This document shows, one piece after another, positions 1 to 10,900 of a DNA stretch of 64,000 nt. A program made the translations under genes and the position numbers. Under the pieces are notes generated by a model. It was not told the DNA's origin, searched no databases, and worked only from the letters and a program-made list of their open reading frames with translations. The stretch lies in the sequence record LR745206.1; one strand, given 5' to 3'. Every line of letters starts with the position of its first letter. Position 1 is the first letter of the stretch.

Positions 1-39
1 ACCATAAGTAAAAGATATATGTATTTCATTAAGTATATA

Positions 40-765
40 TTAATAATTGGATATTATATACTCTGTGCCTGTAAAAGTATTCTTGGATTCAAATTTACAC
101 TTTGGGTATAATTCTTCAATACCATCAAAATAAAAATAGCTTAATATAAATCTACCTTTTATATTATTTAATACCTCTGATAATTCTTTATGAGATTCCC
201 TGTTAAAGTTATGATTAATATGATAACATTCTCTACCCATGTATGGTGGATCTAAATAAAAGAAAGTGGATTCAGAATCGTGTATATTTATCACTTCTCT
301 GTAATCTAAATTAGATATCTCAGATATTTTATCTACTAGGTAATGATAAGCTTTCCACTTCATTTTAAATATCTCAAATTCTTTATCACCTCTCCAAGAG
401 TCTTTACCTATTTCATTTGGTGCTGAACAGTTTAATATTACTAACCAATCTAGTGCTAGTAGTTCATCATCCTTCTCTTTGAAAATTTCTTTTAATGATT
501 GTTGATAAAATTCTTTATCAACTGTTGTTGATTTTACCAAATCTATGAAATAATCATTATTCCTTAATTGATTGAATAAGTTATAGTTAAGATAATTGAT
601 ATCATTATAAATAAACTTAGTTTCTTTATATTTTGAGAAGTTTAGTGAAAAATAAACACCAAACATACCTCCGAATGGCTCTACGTATGTAGATATATCT
701 CGTGGGATGTTTGGTGTTATGAAGGTTGAAACCTTCGACTTTTCTCCAAAATAGGGGATCAGCAT
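40..765 (-). CDS. DNA adenine methyltransferase (Dam/D12-class)
   Basis: Motif I YVEPFGGMFGV and catalytic FYLDPPY. Confidence 0.9.
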   Translation of the reverse strand: MLIPYFGEKSKVSTFITPNIPRDISTYVEPFGGMFGVYFSLNFSKYKETKFIYNDINYLNYNLFNQLRNNDYFIDLVKSTTVDKEFYQQSLKEIFKEKDDELLALDWLVILNCSAPNEIGKDSWRGDKEFEIFKMKWKAYHYLVDKISEISNLDYREVINIHDSESTFFYLDPPYMGRECYHINHNFNRESHKELSEVLNNIKGRFILSYFYFDGIEELYPKCKFESKNTFTGTEYIISNY

Positions 766-1875
766 TTATTTTTTAAATTCTTTTTTATCATTTGATATGT
801 AGAAATTATCAAAATTAAAATATTTCTTATATACTTCTTTTATTTTTTTAAGATTCACTTCATCTAAAATCTCATATACTGACCAACCTTCTGGTTGAAT
901 CCATTGATTGACATTTTTATATCTAAGTATTTCATCTTTTTGCATTCTAACTTTATAAAAATCTTTAACTAGATTAAGTCTTTCTTTTGTTAAGTATTTA
1001 TCTGGTTTAGATAAAACCTCTTTAACAGAATCAATAACAGCTTTGAAATTCTTATTTGATGTTAGTGTAGATATTGTAGATATTCCTTGGTTATTTATTC
1101 TACTTTGATAACAATGTATATAATAAACCAATCCTTTCTTTTCTCTTATTTCTTGATAAAGTGGTGACATCAAACCTAATGAAAGCATCGCATTTATAAA
1201 ATTAACATAAGCAAAATCCTCATCAATTACTGGTGATAATAAAACAATTGATGTCTTATCCTTGAACTCATTATTCAACTCTAGTGTAGTTTCATAATTC
1301 CCAAAAGTTACTGGTTTAATAATCTCTCTTTTAGCAAAATCAATAGTATTGTTTTTATAGTCTTTAGCTTTGGATACATTGATTATCTTTGTTGGTTTTG
1401 AATATTGTAATTCAAAATAATTAAGACAGTCCATGAATTTCAATTTCTCTAAATCTTCTTTTAAACCAATAGGATCAAAGTCATTGAATAATTTACGAGA
1501 AAGATTTAAGCTATGTGATTCTGTTTGGTTATTGAAGCAATCCATATATTCTTCAAGAACAATATTTCTCTCATTCTCAAACTGTTCTTTTGTTACATTA
1601 AATTGACCAAGTAATTTTATAAATTCATGTTTCCATTTATCTACTTTTTCTTCAAGACCTTGTATGTAGAAAACTATCTCATTTGATGATGTGTAAGCAT
1701 TCCAATCAATACCATCTCTATCAAAATCCTCTTGTAGGTGGTCGAAATTTTTACACATTAGGTGTTCCATCAAATGTGATATTCCGTACCATCCTGGCTT
1801 CTCTAAGTTAGTTGATCCTTCATATACTACATAGAAACTAGATAGTTCGGTTTGAGATTTTAAATTTATTATCAT
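766..1875 (-). CDS. M16 (insulinase-family) zinc peptidase
   Basis: Inverted zinc motif HLMEH, NAYTS motif, downstream E in ERNIVLEE, C-terminal LREKKGLVY-like motif. Confidence 0.9.
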   Translation of the reverse strand: MIINLKSQTELSSFYVVYEGSTNLEKPGWYGISHLMEHLMCKNFDHLQEDFDRDGIDWNAYTSSNEIVFYIQGLEEKVDKWKHEFIKLLGQFNVTKEQFENERNIVLEEYMDCFNNQTESHSLNLSRKLFNDFDPIGLKEDLEKLKFMDCLNYFELQYSKPTKIINVSKAKDYKNNTIDFAKREIIKPVTFGNYETTLELNNEFKDKTSIVLLSPVIDEDFAYVNFINAMLSLGLMSPLYQEIREKKGLVYYIHCYQSRINNQGISTISTLTSNKNFKAVIDSVKEVLSKPDKYLTKERLNLVKDFYKVRMQKDEILRYKNVNQWIQPEGWSVYEILDEVNLKKIKEVYKKYFNFDNFYISNDKKEFKK

Positions 1876-1926
1876 AATTAAAAATTAGTTTATTTATTAA
1901 GTATATCAAAAAACGATATGTTTGTT

Positions 1927-2403
1927 TTAATTTAAATCCCATGGATCAAATGTGTCAAATTCAACATCCGGATAAGCTTCTTCAATTCTATTATAGATAT
2001 CTGATTGATAATCTACTGCTTCTAGATCACCATTGTTTTTAACAACGATAGAAAATGTAACATGTAGTTTAATTTTATTTGATTTAATATCATCATTAAT
2101 CTTGCTTAGCCTTTCTATATCATTACTTTCCCAATAGATATCACTATCTTCATTATATGTTTCCATATTTTCGAAGTGAGTACCTAATAAGCTTTCTGTA
2201 TCACCATTTTCTCTTTCTATACTAACACCAATAACAATTGACTTAGGTAAAGTTATATTTTCATCATTTCTAACACCTGTATCTAAAAAGTCTAGTGATG
2301 TGTGTATGATATCATTAATAATATTAATTATTTTAGGATATAAAATTTCCTTTTTAATATTATCAATAGAATGACTTTCGAATAGTCTAAGATATATCAT
2401 CAC
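1927..2403 (-). CDS. Hypothetical protein with YLRLFES N-terminal motif
   Basis: 158 aa ORF; TTAATATATA motif upstream on the minus strand. Confidence 0.7.
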   Translation of the reverse strand: MMIYLRLFESHSIDNIKKEILYPKIINIINDIIHTSLDFLDTGVRNDENITLPKSIVIGVSIERENGDTESLLGTHFENMETYNEDSDIYWESNDIERLSKINDDIKSNKIKLHVTFSIVVKNNGDLEAVDYQSDIYNRIEEAYPDVEFDTFDPWDLN

Positions 2404-2440
2404 TAATTATAGTTTAATTTTATATATTAAAAAAAATTAG

Positions 2441-2448
2441 TATATTTG
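2441..2448 (+). promoter_or_regulatory. Bacteroidota sigma70 -7 box (TAnnTTTG), representative copy
   Basis: TATATTTG 20 nt before ATG; same box at 15645, 25475, 27971, 32145, 32314, 33602, 35030, 54986, 55962, 59280. Confidence 0.75.
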
Positions 2449-2468
2449 TATATTAAAAGAATAATATT

Positions 2469-3104
2469 ATGATTTATATAGGGTTATCGGGAAATAGATA
2501 TTCGGGAAAAGATAGAATTGCTAGACTTTTCAAACAAATACATATTCCTGTTTTTGATGCTGATCTTATTCTGAGGTTTGCTATACACTATAATGTTGAG
2601 CTTTTGCAGAAAATTAGGAAAGAGTGGGGAGATTACTATTTCAATGATGGTACTAATCTTGATATGGAAGCTATACAAAGAGATAATAAATTCGGTGAGT
2701 TGGTTAAGTATTTTGAAAGAGATATATTCCAAGCTTATAATAAATTCAACAAAAAGAATAAAAATTCAGTTTATACAATATTTCATTCATCTATTTTGTT
2801 TGAGGCAAATTGGTATAAAAGAATGAGTCAAAATATTTCTGTTTTTTCACCTAATAATGATAGGATTGAAAGATGTAGATTTTTAACAGATTATAAAGTA
2901 TCTGAAATATATACTCTTATTCAAACAGAAATGGAAGATTTGGAGAAGAATAATAAATCAGATTTTGTTATACATAATTATGATAATTATGAGAATGGTT
3001 CTGGTAAAGATGTTTTGAATACTATTTGTGAAATCGATAAAAAAGTAATAGATTTATATCTATACAGTAAAATATCAATAAAATGTTCTGATGAAGAGGA
3101 ATAA
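2469..3104 (+). CDS. coaE: Dephospho-CoA kinase-like P-loop kinase
   Basis: N-terminal IGLSGNRYSGKD P-loop, IPVFDAD, C-terminal KSDFVIHN pattern. Confidence 0.75.
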   Translation: MIYIGLSGNRYSGKDRIARLFKQIHIPVFDADLILRFAIHYNVELLQKIRKEWGDYYFNDGTNLDMEAIQRDNKFGELVKYFERDIFQAYNKFNKKNKNSVYTIFHSSILFEANWYKRMSQNISVFSPNNDRIERCRFLTDYKVSEIYTLIQTEMEDLEKNNKSDFVIHNYDNYENGSGKDVLNTICEIDKKVIDLYLYSKISIKCSDEEE

Positions 3105-3555
3105 TATTAGAGTAAAACTTAGAAGTGAGGTAAGTAGTAAATTAGCATTTGTTAAATTAATTAAAGAATGTACTAATCTTGGTCTTAAAGACGCTAAATG
3201 GACTTGTGATACCCTTCATGAAAACCTCAGAAAAGGTTTGGATAAATCGATTGATATAGAGTTAATTGGTGGTGTAGATGGTCTTGGAAATTCTTATCTA
3301 AAAGTATTCCAACAAGGTATTTTAGATATAGGAGTTAATGCTTTTGTTAATGGTGGTGTAGCATGGGAGAGAAATTTTAAAATGTTATCAATCGGTATAG
3401 GAGAAAAGAAAGATTATTCTGATTTTATTTCTGAATATGTTAATACTGTTGATTTGGAACATGGTAAAGATATTATTAATTTGTTGATAGATAAATTATC
3501 ACAAAATGATTTAGAGGAAATATTTGAAATTATAAGTAAAGAAATTAAGATATGA
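3091..3555 (+). CDS. Protein with ribosomal L7/L12 C-terminal-like segment
   Basis: KLAFVKLIKECTNLGLKDAK resembles the L7/L12 CTD K-x-x-VIK-x-x-R-x-x-TGLGLKEAK signature. Confidence 0.5.
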   Translation: MKRNNIRVKLRSEVSSKLAFVKLIKECTNLGLKDAKWTCDTLHENLRKGLDKSIDIELIGGVDGLGNSYLKVFQQGILDIGVNAFVNGGVAWERNFKMLSIGIGEKKDYSDFISEYVNTVDLEHGKDIINLLIDKLSQNDLEEIFEIISKEIKI

Positions 3556-4274
3556 TAGTTATTTGTAGAAGACCAACCAAAAGGTTGATTAAGGGTCATA
3601 GGTATGAAGTTCAAAATCTATGGAATGATGGAACATCACAAAGGTGGAGAGAGGGTAAAGTTCAGATAAAAGACATAGGATTATTTACCGTCTCTGGATT
3701 TACCGATACAGATGGTAAAGATCTTCCAAAAACTATATTCTCATCACCACCAATTGCACATGAACAACGTATAAGATTTGAAGATTTGAAAGAAGGTGAT
3801 ATATTGGTGTGTAAAAGTGACCGATATAAGACTTTTGTTCAAAATGGAATGTATAAAATTGAAAAGTTAATAACAAAATCAGAACAAAAGACTGGGTGGA
3901 ATGGTAATACTAATACCATAGTAACAAATTCTATTAAATTTGTTGGTATTGGTCGTAGAATGAAATTTAATGCTTGGGTTTTTAGAAAATTAAATCCAAC
4001 AGAATTAAGAGAAATATCATTAAATCATATCTTACATGGTGAAGAGGTAAAGGTAATAACTAATAAAGATATTAAAAATATTGACCTTGTTGAAGATAAA
4101 GATGATGTATTATTGAAAAATTTAGCTAAGTCTATATTAGATATTAATAGACATCACCTTAGTATAGTTGAGTGGGCATCACTTAAAGTTGGTGATAAGT
4201 TAGATGTTGATCCTAAAGATTATAATCATCTTATGAATTTAACTCTTGCTCAGATATTGGAGAAGATTAAATAA
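3552..4274 (+). CDS. Hypothetical protein
   Basis: 240 aa ORF overlapping the previous stop (ATGA-type coupling). Confidence 0.75.
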   Translation: MIVICRRPTKRLIKGHRYEVQNLWNDGTSQRWREGKVQIKDIGLFTVSGFTDTDGKDLPKTIFSSPPIAHEQRIRFEDLKEGDILVCKSDRYKTFVQNGMYKIEKLITKSEQKTGWNGNTNTIVTNSIKFVGIGRRMKFNAWVFRKLNPTELREISLNHILHGEEVKVITNKDIKNIDLVEDKDDVLLKNLAKSILDINRHHLSIVEWASLKVGDKLDVDPKDYNHLMNLTLAQILEKIK

Positions 4275-4284
4275 TATATACAAT

Positions 4285-5052
4285 ATGTATAATAAAATAT
4301 ATGATTTTTGTAAAGTTAGAAACATTGGTAATGTTCATAAAAATGATACAGAAATACCAACACCTAGAGTTAAATTCCTAATTGATTTATTAGAATCAGA
4401 GGGTATAGAATATGAATTAGATAAATTCCCAACAAAAGGTGGTTGGTTGTCCACCACTCCTGGTGTTGGATATAATATAATAATGAAGGGTACATCAAAT
4501 AAGATGGTAGTTGCTCATCATGATATTAATAATCCTAATATAGATAATGCAAATGATAATTCAGCTTCTGTTATAAATGCTATAATGGTTAAGAAGTTGA
4601 TGCCAAATATCAATGTTGTTCTTCTTGATGGTGAGGAATTTGGTGGTTTAGGATCACAAAGAGTTTCTGATCAAATAAATGAAGGATATTATGGTGATAT
4701 AGAATGGGTATTAAATTTAGAATTAACTGGTAAAGGTGGTAAGCATTTTTTTATTGGTAATTATCCAGGTAAATTATTTGATCATATAAAATCATTATTT
4801 GATTGTCCTGTAACACAAACACCTTATAATGATTCAGTTACCATTAGAAGAAATGGAATTGATTCTTGTGTTATTAACCCATTACCTCCACTAACTGAGG
4901 GTAAAAAATCTAGCGTTAAGTGGGGTGAAGACGTATATCTTGATTATAACATGTTATTTAATTGCCATAATGCAAAAGATAATATTGATTCTATCGATAT
5001 TAATGATATGAAAGAATTCGTAGAAGAAGTAGTTATAAAGATACTTTCCTAA
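4285..5052 (+). CDS. M28 family peptidase
   Basis: VVAHHD, NANDNSAS, DGEE, LNLE metal-ligand motifs; start placed at ATG 4285. Confidence 0.85.
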   Translation: MYNKIYDFCKVRNIGNVHKNDTEIPTPRVKFLIDLLESEGIEYELDKFPTKGGWLSTTPGVGYNIIMKGTSNKMVVAHHDINNPNIDNANDNSASVINAIMVKKLMPNINVVLLDGEEFGGLGSQRVSDQINEGYYGDIEWVLNLELTGKGGKHFFIGNYPGKLFDHIKSLFDCPVTQTPYNDSVTIRRNGIDSCVINPLPPLTEGKKSSVKWGEDVYLDYNMLFNCHNAKDNIDSIDINDMKEFVEEVVIKILS

Positions 5053-5067
5053 AAAAATATATAATGT

Positions 5068-5259
5068 GTGAAATACTTAAAACTATATGAAAATTTCGAC
5101 ATTGATGAGGTTCAAGTAGAAGAACCAATAGTCCTATCCGATAAAACAATAGATGATGTTTTGGGTGGTAATTTCTTTGATGATATTGAAGAAGATGAAG
5201 ACGAATCTTATCTAGATTCAAAGGGTATTGCTCATATAAAAAATTGGACTATCTATTAA
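5068..5259 (+). CDS. Small acidic protein with MKYLKLYE N-terminal motif
   Basis: 63 aa ORF, shared N-terminal motif. Confidence 0.65.
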   Translation: MKYLKLYENFDIDEVQVEEPIVLSDKTIDDVLGGNFFDDIEEDEDESYLDSKGIAHIKNWTIY

Positions 5260-5663
5260 TGAATTTTCAAGAGTTTTTAATATTAGAAAAAAGAATCTCA
5301 CAGATTGTTTCAAAAATCGAAATCACATTTTCACTAGATGTTATAAAGACATCACATGCCGAAGATAGATCTAACTTTGATAAAAGGGGATTACCCGGAT
5401 TTAATCAAAGACACATATCAAATGCTGAAATGTCAGAATTTGTTAATTTCTTTAAGCGTGAAATATCGGAAGGTATTGCTATTGGTGATATAGTAGATAA
5501 AACAGAATTTGTTATAAGAAGTGTTGATAGAGAACTATCTATGGCTATTATAGCGGATGAAGTATCTAATACCTATTGGAAGTTAATAATTAAAACTGTT
5601 TTTAGGGAATCTCATGAGAATAGTCTGAAAACAGGAATTGACCAATTAGTATATGATAAATAA
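5259..5663 (+). CDS. Hypothetical protein
   Basis: ORF 5244..5663; coupled ATG at 5259 preferred. Confidence 0.7.
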   Translation: MNFQEFLILEKRISQIVSKIEITFSLDVIKTSHAEDRSNFDKRGLPGFNQRHISNAEMSEFVNFFKREISEGIAIGDIVDKTEFVIRSVDRELSMAIIADEVSNTYWKLIIKTVFRESHENSLKTGIDQLVYDK

Positions 5664-5673
5664 TATTTAAAAT

Positions 5674-5703
5674 AAAAAGACCCAGATAAATCTGGGTCTT
5701 TTT
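5674..5703. terminator. Bidirectional intrinsic terminator
   Basis: AAAAGACCCAGA-TAAA-TCTGGGTCTTTT between convergent genes. Confidence 0.85.
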
Positions 5704-5717
5704 GTTGGTAGTAACTA

Positions 5718-6809
5718 TTATTCTAATGTTAAGAATATTTTTCTACTCATTCTATCAACAGAAAGTACCTTAACACTTACTGTATCACCTGATGAGAACT
5801 TCTTGTTCAACTTAGCCATCTCAGATGTGTGTATGAGACCAACAGTCTCTTCATCTAAGTTAACAAGTGTTCCAAACTGTTTAACATCTTTAATAGTTCC
5901 TTCTATCAATTGACCATTTTTGATAGTGTCCCAAAGAGTCTCTCTCAAAATTTGTGTTAGAATAATCTTATTCTTGATTATTTCTTTAACATAAAATTCA
6001 ATTTGGAATCCAGGATCAATTTGTGATATTTTATCCTGCCACTCTGGGTTTATATTAGCCTTATGAATCATACCAGTTAAACATTCGTTGAATTCAACAA
6101 ATACTCCAAATGGGGCGGTTCCTGTTACGGTTCCTGTGTATGATTCATCAAAAACCAATTCTTTGATAGCTGATGGTATCAAGCTTTGTAGATACTTACG
6201 TCTGCTCACAATGTAAGTCCCTTCTCGTTCAGCATAAGATTCTATCATAACTTGGAAAGTGTCTCCAACGATAGAATTTGGGTCAGATAACTTGTTAATA
6301 CCCGCTAATGTGTTTGGCATAAATGCCGGAAGAACAACACTACCATGTAACAAATCAACATCATATCCAGCTGGATTTGTCGATTTTATACAAGCTTTAA
6401 CTGATTCACCTTCTTTCAAAGATTTAAGTTTTATATGAGCCATACTTTCGTATAGGGCTGATAAACTTCCTTTGATGAAAAAGTCATCATGATTTATATT
6501 AACTATTAATACTTCAATCATGTCACCTTTTTCAGCATTTACCAAGTATTTAGATTCTCCAGGTTTAACATCTATTCTGATGTCATCTTTAAATCCTCTT
6601 ACTGAGAAAATGTATTGGTCAGATAATATTCCTTGGAATTCAGCTTCTACCACTTGACCAGTTTTTGGCATTTCTACCATAGTTGATTCATATAGTTTAC
6701 ATAAATCATCATACTCTTTATTCTTTACTCTTTTTCCATTGAATTTATCATCTTCAAATAATAAATCAAAGTCTGGGTTACCCATTTGTTTTGTTTCTGT
6801 CATATTCAT
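5718..6809 (-). CDS. Ribosomal protein S1-like multi-S1-domain protein
   Basis: Repeated S1 motifs (GTVTGTAPFGVFVEF..GMIH; GTIKDVKQFGTLVNL..GLIHTSE; YIVSRRKYL). Confidence 0.85.
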   Translation of the reverse strand: MNMTETKQMGNPDFDLLFEDDKFNGKRVKNKEYDDLCKLYESTMVEMPKTGQVVEAEFQGILSDQYIFSVRGFKDDIRIDVKPGESKYLVNAEKGDMIEVLIVNINHDDFFIKGSLSALYESMAHIKLKSLKEGESVKACIKSTNPAGYDVDLLHGSVVLPAFMPNTLAGINKLSDPNSIVGDTFQVMIESYAEREGTYIVSRRKYLQSLIPSAIKELVFDESYTGTVTGTAPFGVFVEFNECLTGMIHKANINPEWQDKISQIDPGFQIEFYVKEIIKNKIILTQILRETLWDTIKNGQLIEGTIKDVKQFGTLVNLDEETVGLIHTSEMAKLNKKFSSGDTVSVKVLSVDRMSRKIFLTLE

Positions 6810-6858
6810 AATTTTTTAGTTCCGTTTGTTTTATTCAAATATTTTGTGAAAGTTGTTA

Positions 6859-7248
6859 TTATTTCTTTCTTTTAATTTTATTTTTAGACATGTAATCTCT
6901 TAAACTAGCCGCTTCTTCAAACTTCTCATCCATGATAAGTTTGTCCATTTTCTCATTTAATTCTTTATATAGTTCTTCTAAGTCTTTTTTATCAGATATT
7001 TGTGAAAGTGAGTTATAAAATTCTTGCATTTTACTAATATCTGGGAAATAGACAGGTGTTAGTTTATAACCATCACCATCTATTTGTTCTTGTAATTCTT
7101 TTAACTTATCACTTTTTAAGATTTTATCAACAAAGTTCTTATCGAGAGCAGAGTTCTCAATTAAATATTTACTTAGGTGATATGGTCTATTTTTGAAAAG
7201 TTTTAGTAGAGTTACTAAGTTGTTATACAATTCATCATCATTATTCAT
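6859..7248 (-). CDS. Hypothetical protein with C-terminal UVR-like motif
   Basis: EKFEEAASLRD matches the UvrB/UvrC coiled-coil motif. Confidence 0.6.
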   Translation of the reverse strand: MNNDDELYNNLVTLLKLFKNRPYHLSKYLIENSALDKNFVDKILKSDKLKELQEQIDGDGYKLTPVYFPDISKMQEFYNSLSQISDKKDLEELYKELNEKMDKLIMDEKFEEAASLRDYMSKNKIKRKK

Positions 7249-7278
7249 AAACTATTTATGTTTAAAATGTGAAAAGGT

Positions 7279-7977
7279 TTATAGTTTTTCAAAGAAAATG
7301 TTGAAATAATATTCAAAGTTATAAGTAGAGCTTGTCTTTTCTTGATTAAATAGTAGTCTTATAGATGAATCATCAAATGAGGACTCTGTTTGTATCTTTG
7401 TGAATTTTGTAGATATTGGTGTATTTAAATTCCAAGTATTTTTATATCTCAATAGAGATTGATCCCTCATATCTTTATAATTAATATATAAATCAATTGA
7501 CTTATATTTATATCTATTAACTACATTAAAATCAATGTAGTTTTTTATTGCTACATTGACATCATTATATCTATTCATTTCATTCTTAACACCCTCAAAT
7601 GTTCTATATCTTTTAAGAGTTGCGAATAGGTAGTTGGATAAAATTTGTTTAAGATTTATATCCATAATCCATCTTGTATTATTTTCCAATTGATATTTAG
7701 GTTGACTATCATCTATTATAAGTTTATGACCATTCAATTTATCAATTGATGACGAATAAACATATGATTCTAGTGAAGATTCTAGTGAAGATTCTATTGA
7801 GAAATCTATTTGCTCATTATTTAATTTTTGATAATAAATTATATCCTGATTTTTGATATCTATATTATCTTCGATTTCTAACATTTTAGCACCAAAGAAA
7901 TTACTCTCTTCAACCATATTAAACGTACCATATACATTATTATTGAAATATTCTGGTGATATATAAGTCCTTCTCAT
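7279..7977 (-). CDS. Hypothetical protein (possibly virion)
   Basis: 232 aa, co-directional with two large structural-type ORFs. Confidence 0.65.
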   Translation of the reverse strand: MRRTYISPEYFNNNVYGTFNMVEESNFFGAKMLEIEDNIDIKNQDIIYYQKLNNEQIDFSIESSLESSLESYVYSSSIDKLNGHKLIIDDSQPKYQLENNTRWIMDINLKQILSNYLFATLKRYRTFEGVKNEMNRYNDVNVAIKNYIDFNVVNRYKYKSIDLYINYKDMRDQSLLRYKNTWNLNTPISTKFTKIQTESSFDDSSIRLLFNQEKTSSTYNFEYYFNIFFEKL

Positions 7978-7981
7978 TATA

Positions 7982-10900
7982 TTATAAGTTAAAATTTTGT
8001 ATTTGTAATAACTGTGGTTGACCTATGTTAGTAGGAACTATTGTTGGTGCTGTTATTTGTATATCTAGTCTTCTTACTTGAAGTATTATTGTTTCGATGT
8101 GGTATCTATAATCCCATGTAGATGAGAATATAAAAAAGTCTTTTATAGCATATCCAAACTCATCAACCATAGGGTATATAGATTTTATATCCTTTTCTTC
8201 TTTTAACTTCAACACAGATCCCTTTCTATTTATCTTTCTAACCTTTCTTTCTTTAATCAACCCAAAGTCAGTCAGTGATATATCAAATTTATAGTTACCC
8301 GCTTCCTTAAATTCACTATCCTTTTCGAACAATTGTAAATCATAGAATAGAGGCATGTAATATCCACTGAACCTATAAATAGGATTAGATACTATATTCT
8401 TATTTCCGTGATAATTTTCAAATACTTTTGGTTGGAAAACGTTTTCTACTATACTAGCACCAATTGGTATATTATTGAAATAATTCAATTGTGTGTTACT
8501 ACTTATTTTACCATCAATTAATGTTTTAGTCAATTTTAATTGATTTGATAACATAATAGGGTTTTTTTCTAAAGAATTAACCTTTGTGGAGAATTCATCA
8601 GGTCCATTACACTTAATCATATATGGTAGTCCTGTTATGTTATTTTTGTAATTATATTTTGATATGGAATCATCTTCTTCTATTATAACATAAGTAACAT
8701 AATCAGTATATCCATTTTTATTTGAAATATCATTTATAGACTCTATCGTATTATAAGCTGTTATCTTTTTATATAAATCATCATAAAGATCATCTCTATC
8801 AGCTTCTGATATATTTGGTAATGTATTATCAGCAATATTTATATTTACTAATATATTTTTCCATTTTTTATTAATATAGATAACTATCCCATTATCCAAT
8901 GTGGAACCGGATGTATTAGATGAACATAGATAGTATCTATTATTCATACTTATTATAGGATTATTTGATGATGAATATATCAAATCTGTGTCTGGTTCTA
9001 GGCTATATTGTCTAGACCATAGAGTAGATACACCTGGTTCATCACCTGGGCTTCCAACTCCTGACCATATAATATCATTGTGTATAATACGCACTGTGGT
9101 GGTGTAACTTTTACTTGGGTTCCAAAGTTCGATTGGACTCCATTTAGGATTACTTGACTGTGTTGCTACCCAATATCCGAAATTTTTATATTGATTTAAT
9201 GCTATAAACGGTCTTCTATAATTTGGATCATAATGATTACTACTTGTCATTGACATGTAGTATTTTCCTTGATATAAAACAACTTCACCCTGGTTATATC
9301 CAGTTGTTGATGCTGTTGAAGGATTCCAAAAATCTTCTGTTCCGGATACATTATAATCATAATACTCACCGTGGTTATAAACATAATTAGTTGAACTATA
9401 TGATATAGTAGGTGACCAAAAAATATTAGCAGTTGGGTTATATAAATCCCATTCTACTTGGTTATAAGGAGCAGACTTTATTTGTTTTAAACTTAGTAAC
9501 TTTACTGGGTTATTAGTAACTACATCAGTATTTGCTTGGTATAAAACATCATTAAATATAACAATTGAACTGGATGCGTAGTTTTTATCCATCTTCCAAT
9601 TATCTATTATATTCCATTGCATTAGGTTATTAGATGGTGTTAGGTTATTATTACTATCAATAGAGAAATCATTATCCGATAATAAAATAGAGAATTTATA
9701 ATCATTAAACTCATTGGATGTTTGTAGATTGATAGTATCAACTTCCTCAGAGCTATTTAATGTTATACTCTCAACATCATATATTGAAAATTCTATCCCT
9801 CTGAATAAAGTAGTGTTTGGTATTGAATTATCACCAATGTTAAACTCTGAATGCTTTTTCAAATTTTTCTTAATCTTGGAATTATTAAAATAGGCATTTT
9901 TATGAAATATTGATGTGAAGTAATCAAAAGAATATGTGGCTGATGATGTTCCTACTGAATAAGTAGCAACATTCAAATATTTATCTAACTCAAATTTAAA
10001 AGTATTGTCTATATCACCATTACCATCTAGTTTTTCTAAATGTAAACTATGATGTAGATATGATGATGTTGATGAATTAATAGTATAGAAGTAATCTAAA
10101 TTTCTTTCAATTCTTTTTGGATCAGGATCAGTTGGATTACTTGTTCTATTAAAATCCTCGAAAATACCAGAATTATTTAATAAGTAAGGATAATCATTTG
10201 ATGATATAGAATTTTGATATGCCCATCTACAATAAACTGGATTTTTTCTCCAAATATCAGATAGATTATTATTTTCTATTTTGAAAGTTTCATAATTAGC
10301 TGTGTATTCTGATGATACTGGTATATTAACAATATTATCATTTAGTATAAAATCATCCAATTCTTTAGGATTTGAATCACTAACTAGATTCTCAACATAC
10401 ATCTTTGTTTCATCAGTAAAAGTTAATTCAAATTCTTTCTCATACTCATATTTTGAATATTCGGTATCTATTATCTTATCATCAAAATCTTTTATATCAC
10501 TGAATTTCAATTTATAGATATTGAATTTCTTAGGAGCATTGTCAAAATCAACTATTGTACTAATAGTAGTTACAACACCAGCAACCTTATATTGAAAATC
10601 ATTTTGATTAAATTCAAAAGAATAATCTGTTAATACTTTAATACTTCCATTATCATTAACTAAATTATGTAGAATCCCATCAATTTCAATTAACCAAACA
10701 TCAGCATCATCAAATTCTTCGATTTGAAAATCATTGATATTATAATCAATTAATTTATTATCTTCATCAATGATACCAAAATTCTTATTTAAACCTTTTT
10801 CCTTTCCAGTTAAATCAATATCAGATATTATTCTATATCTAGTTACAATTGTTTCTTGGTATTCCTCTGTTACAAATTGACTTACTGAAAGACCACCACT

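Noticed and set aside
7768-7795. 12-nt tandem duplication TTCTAGTGAAGA
   Set aside because: In-frame SLES-SLES duplication within a CDS; no sign of wider significance
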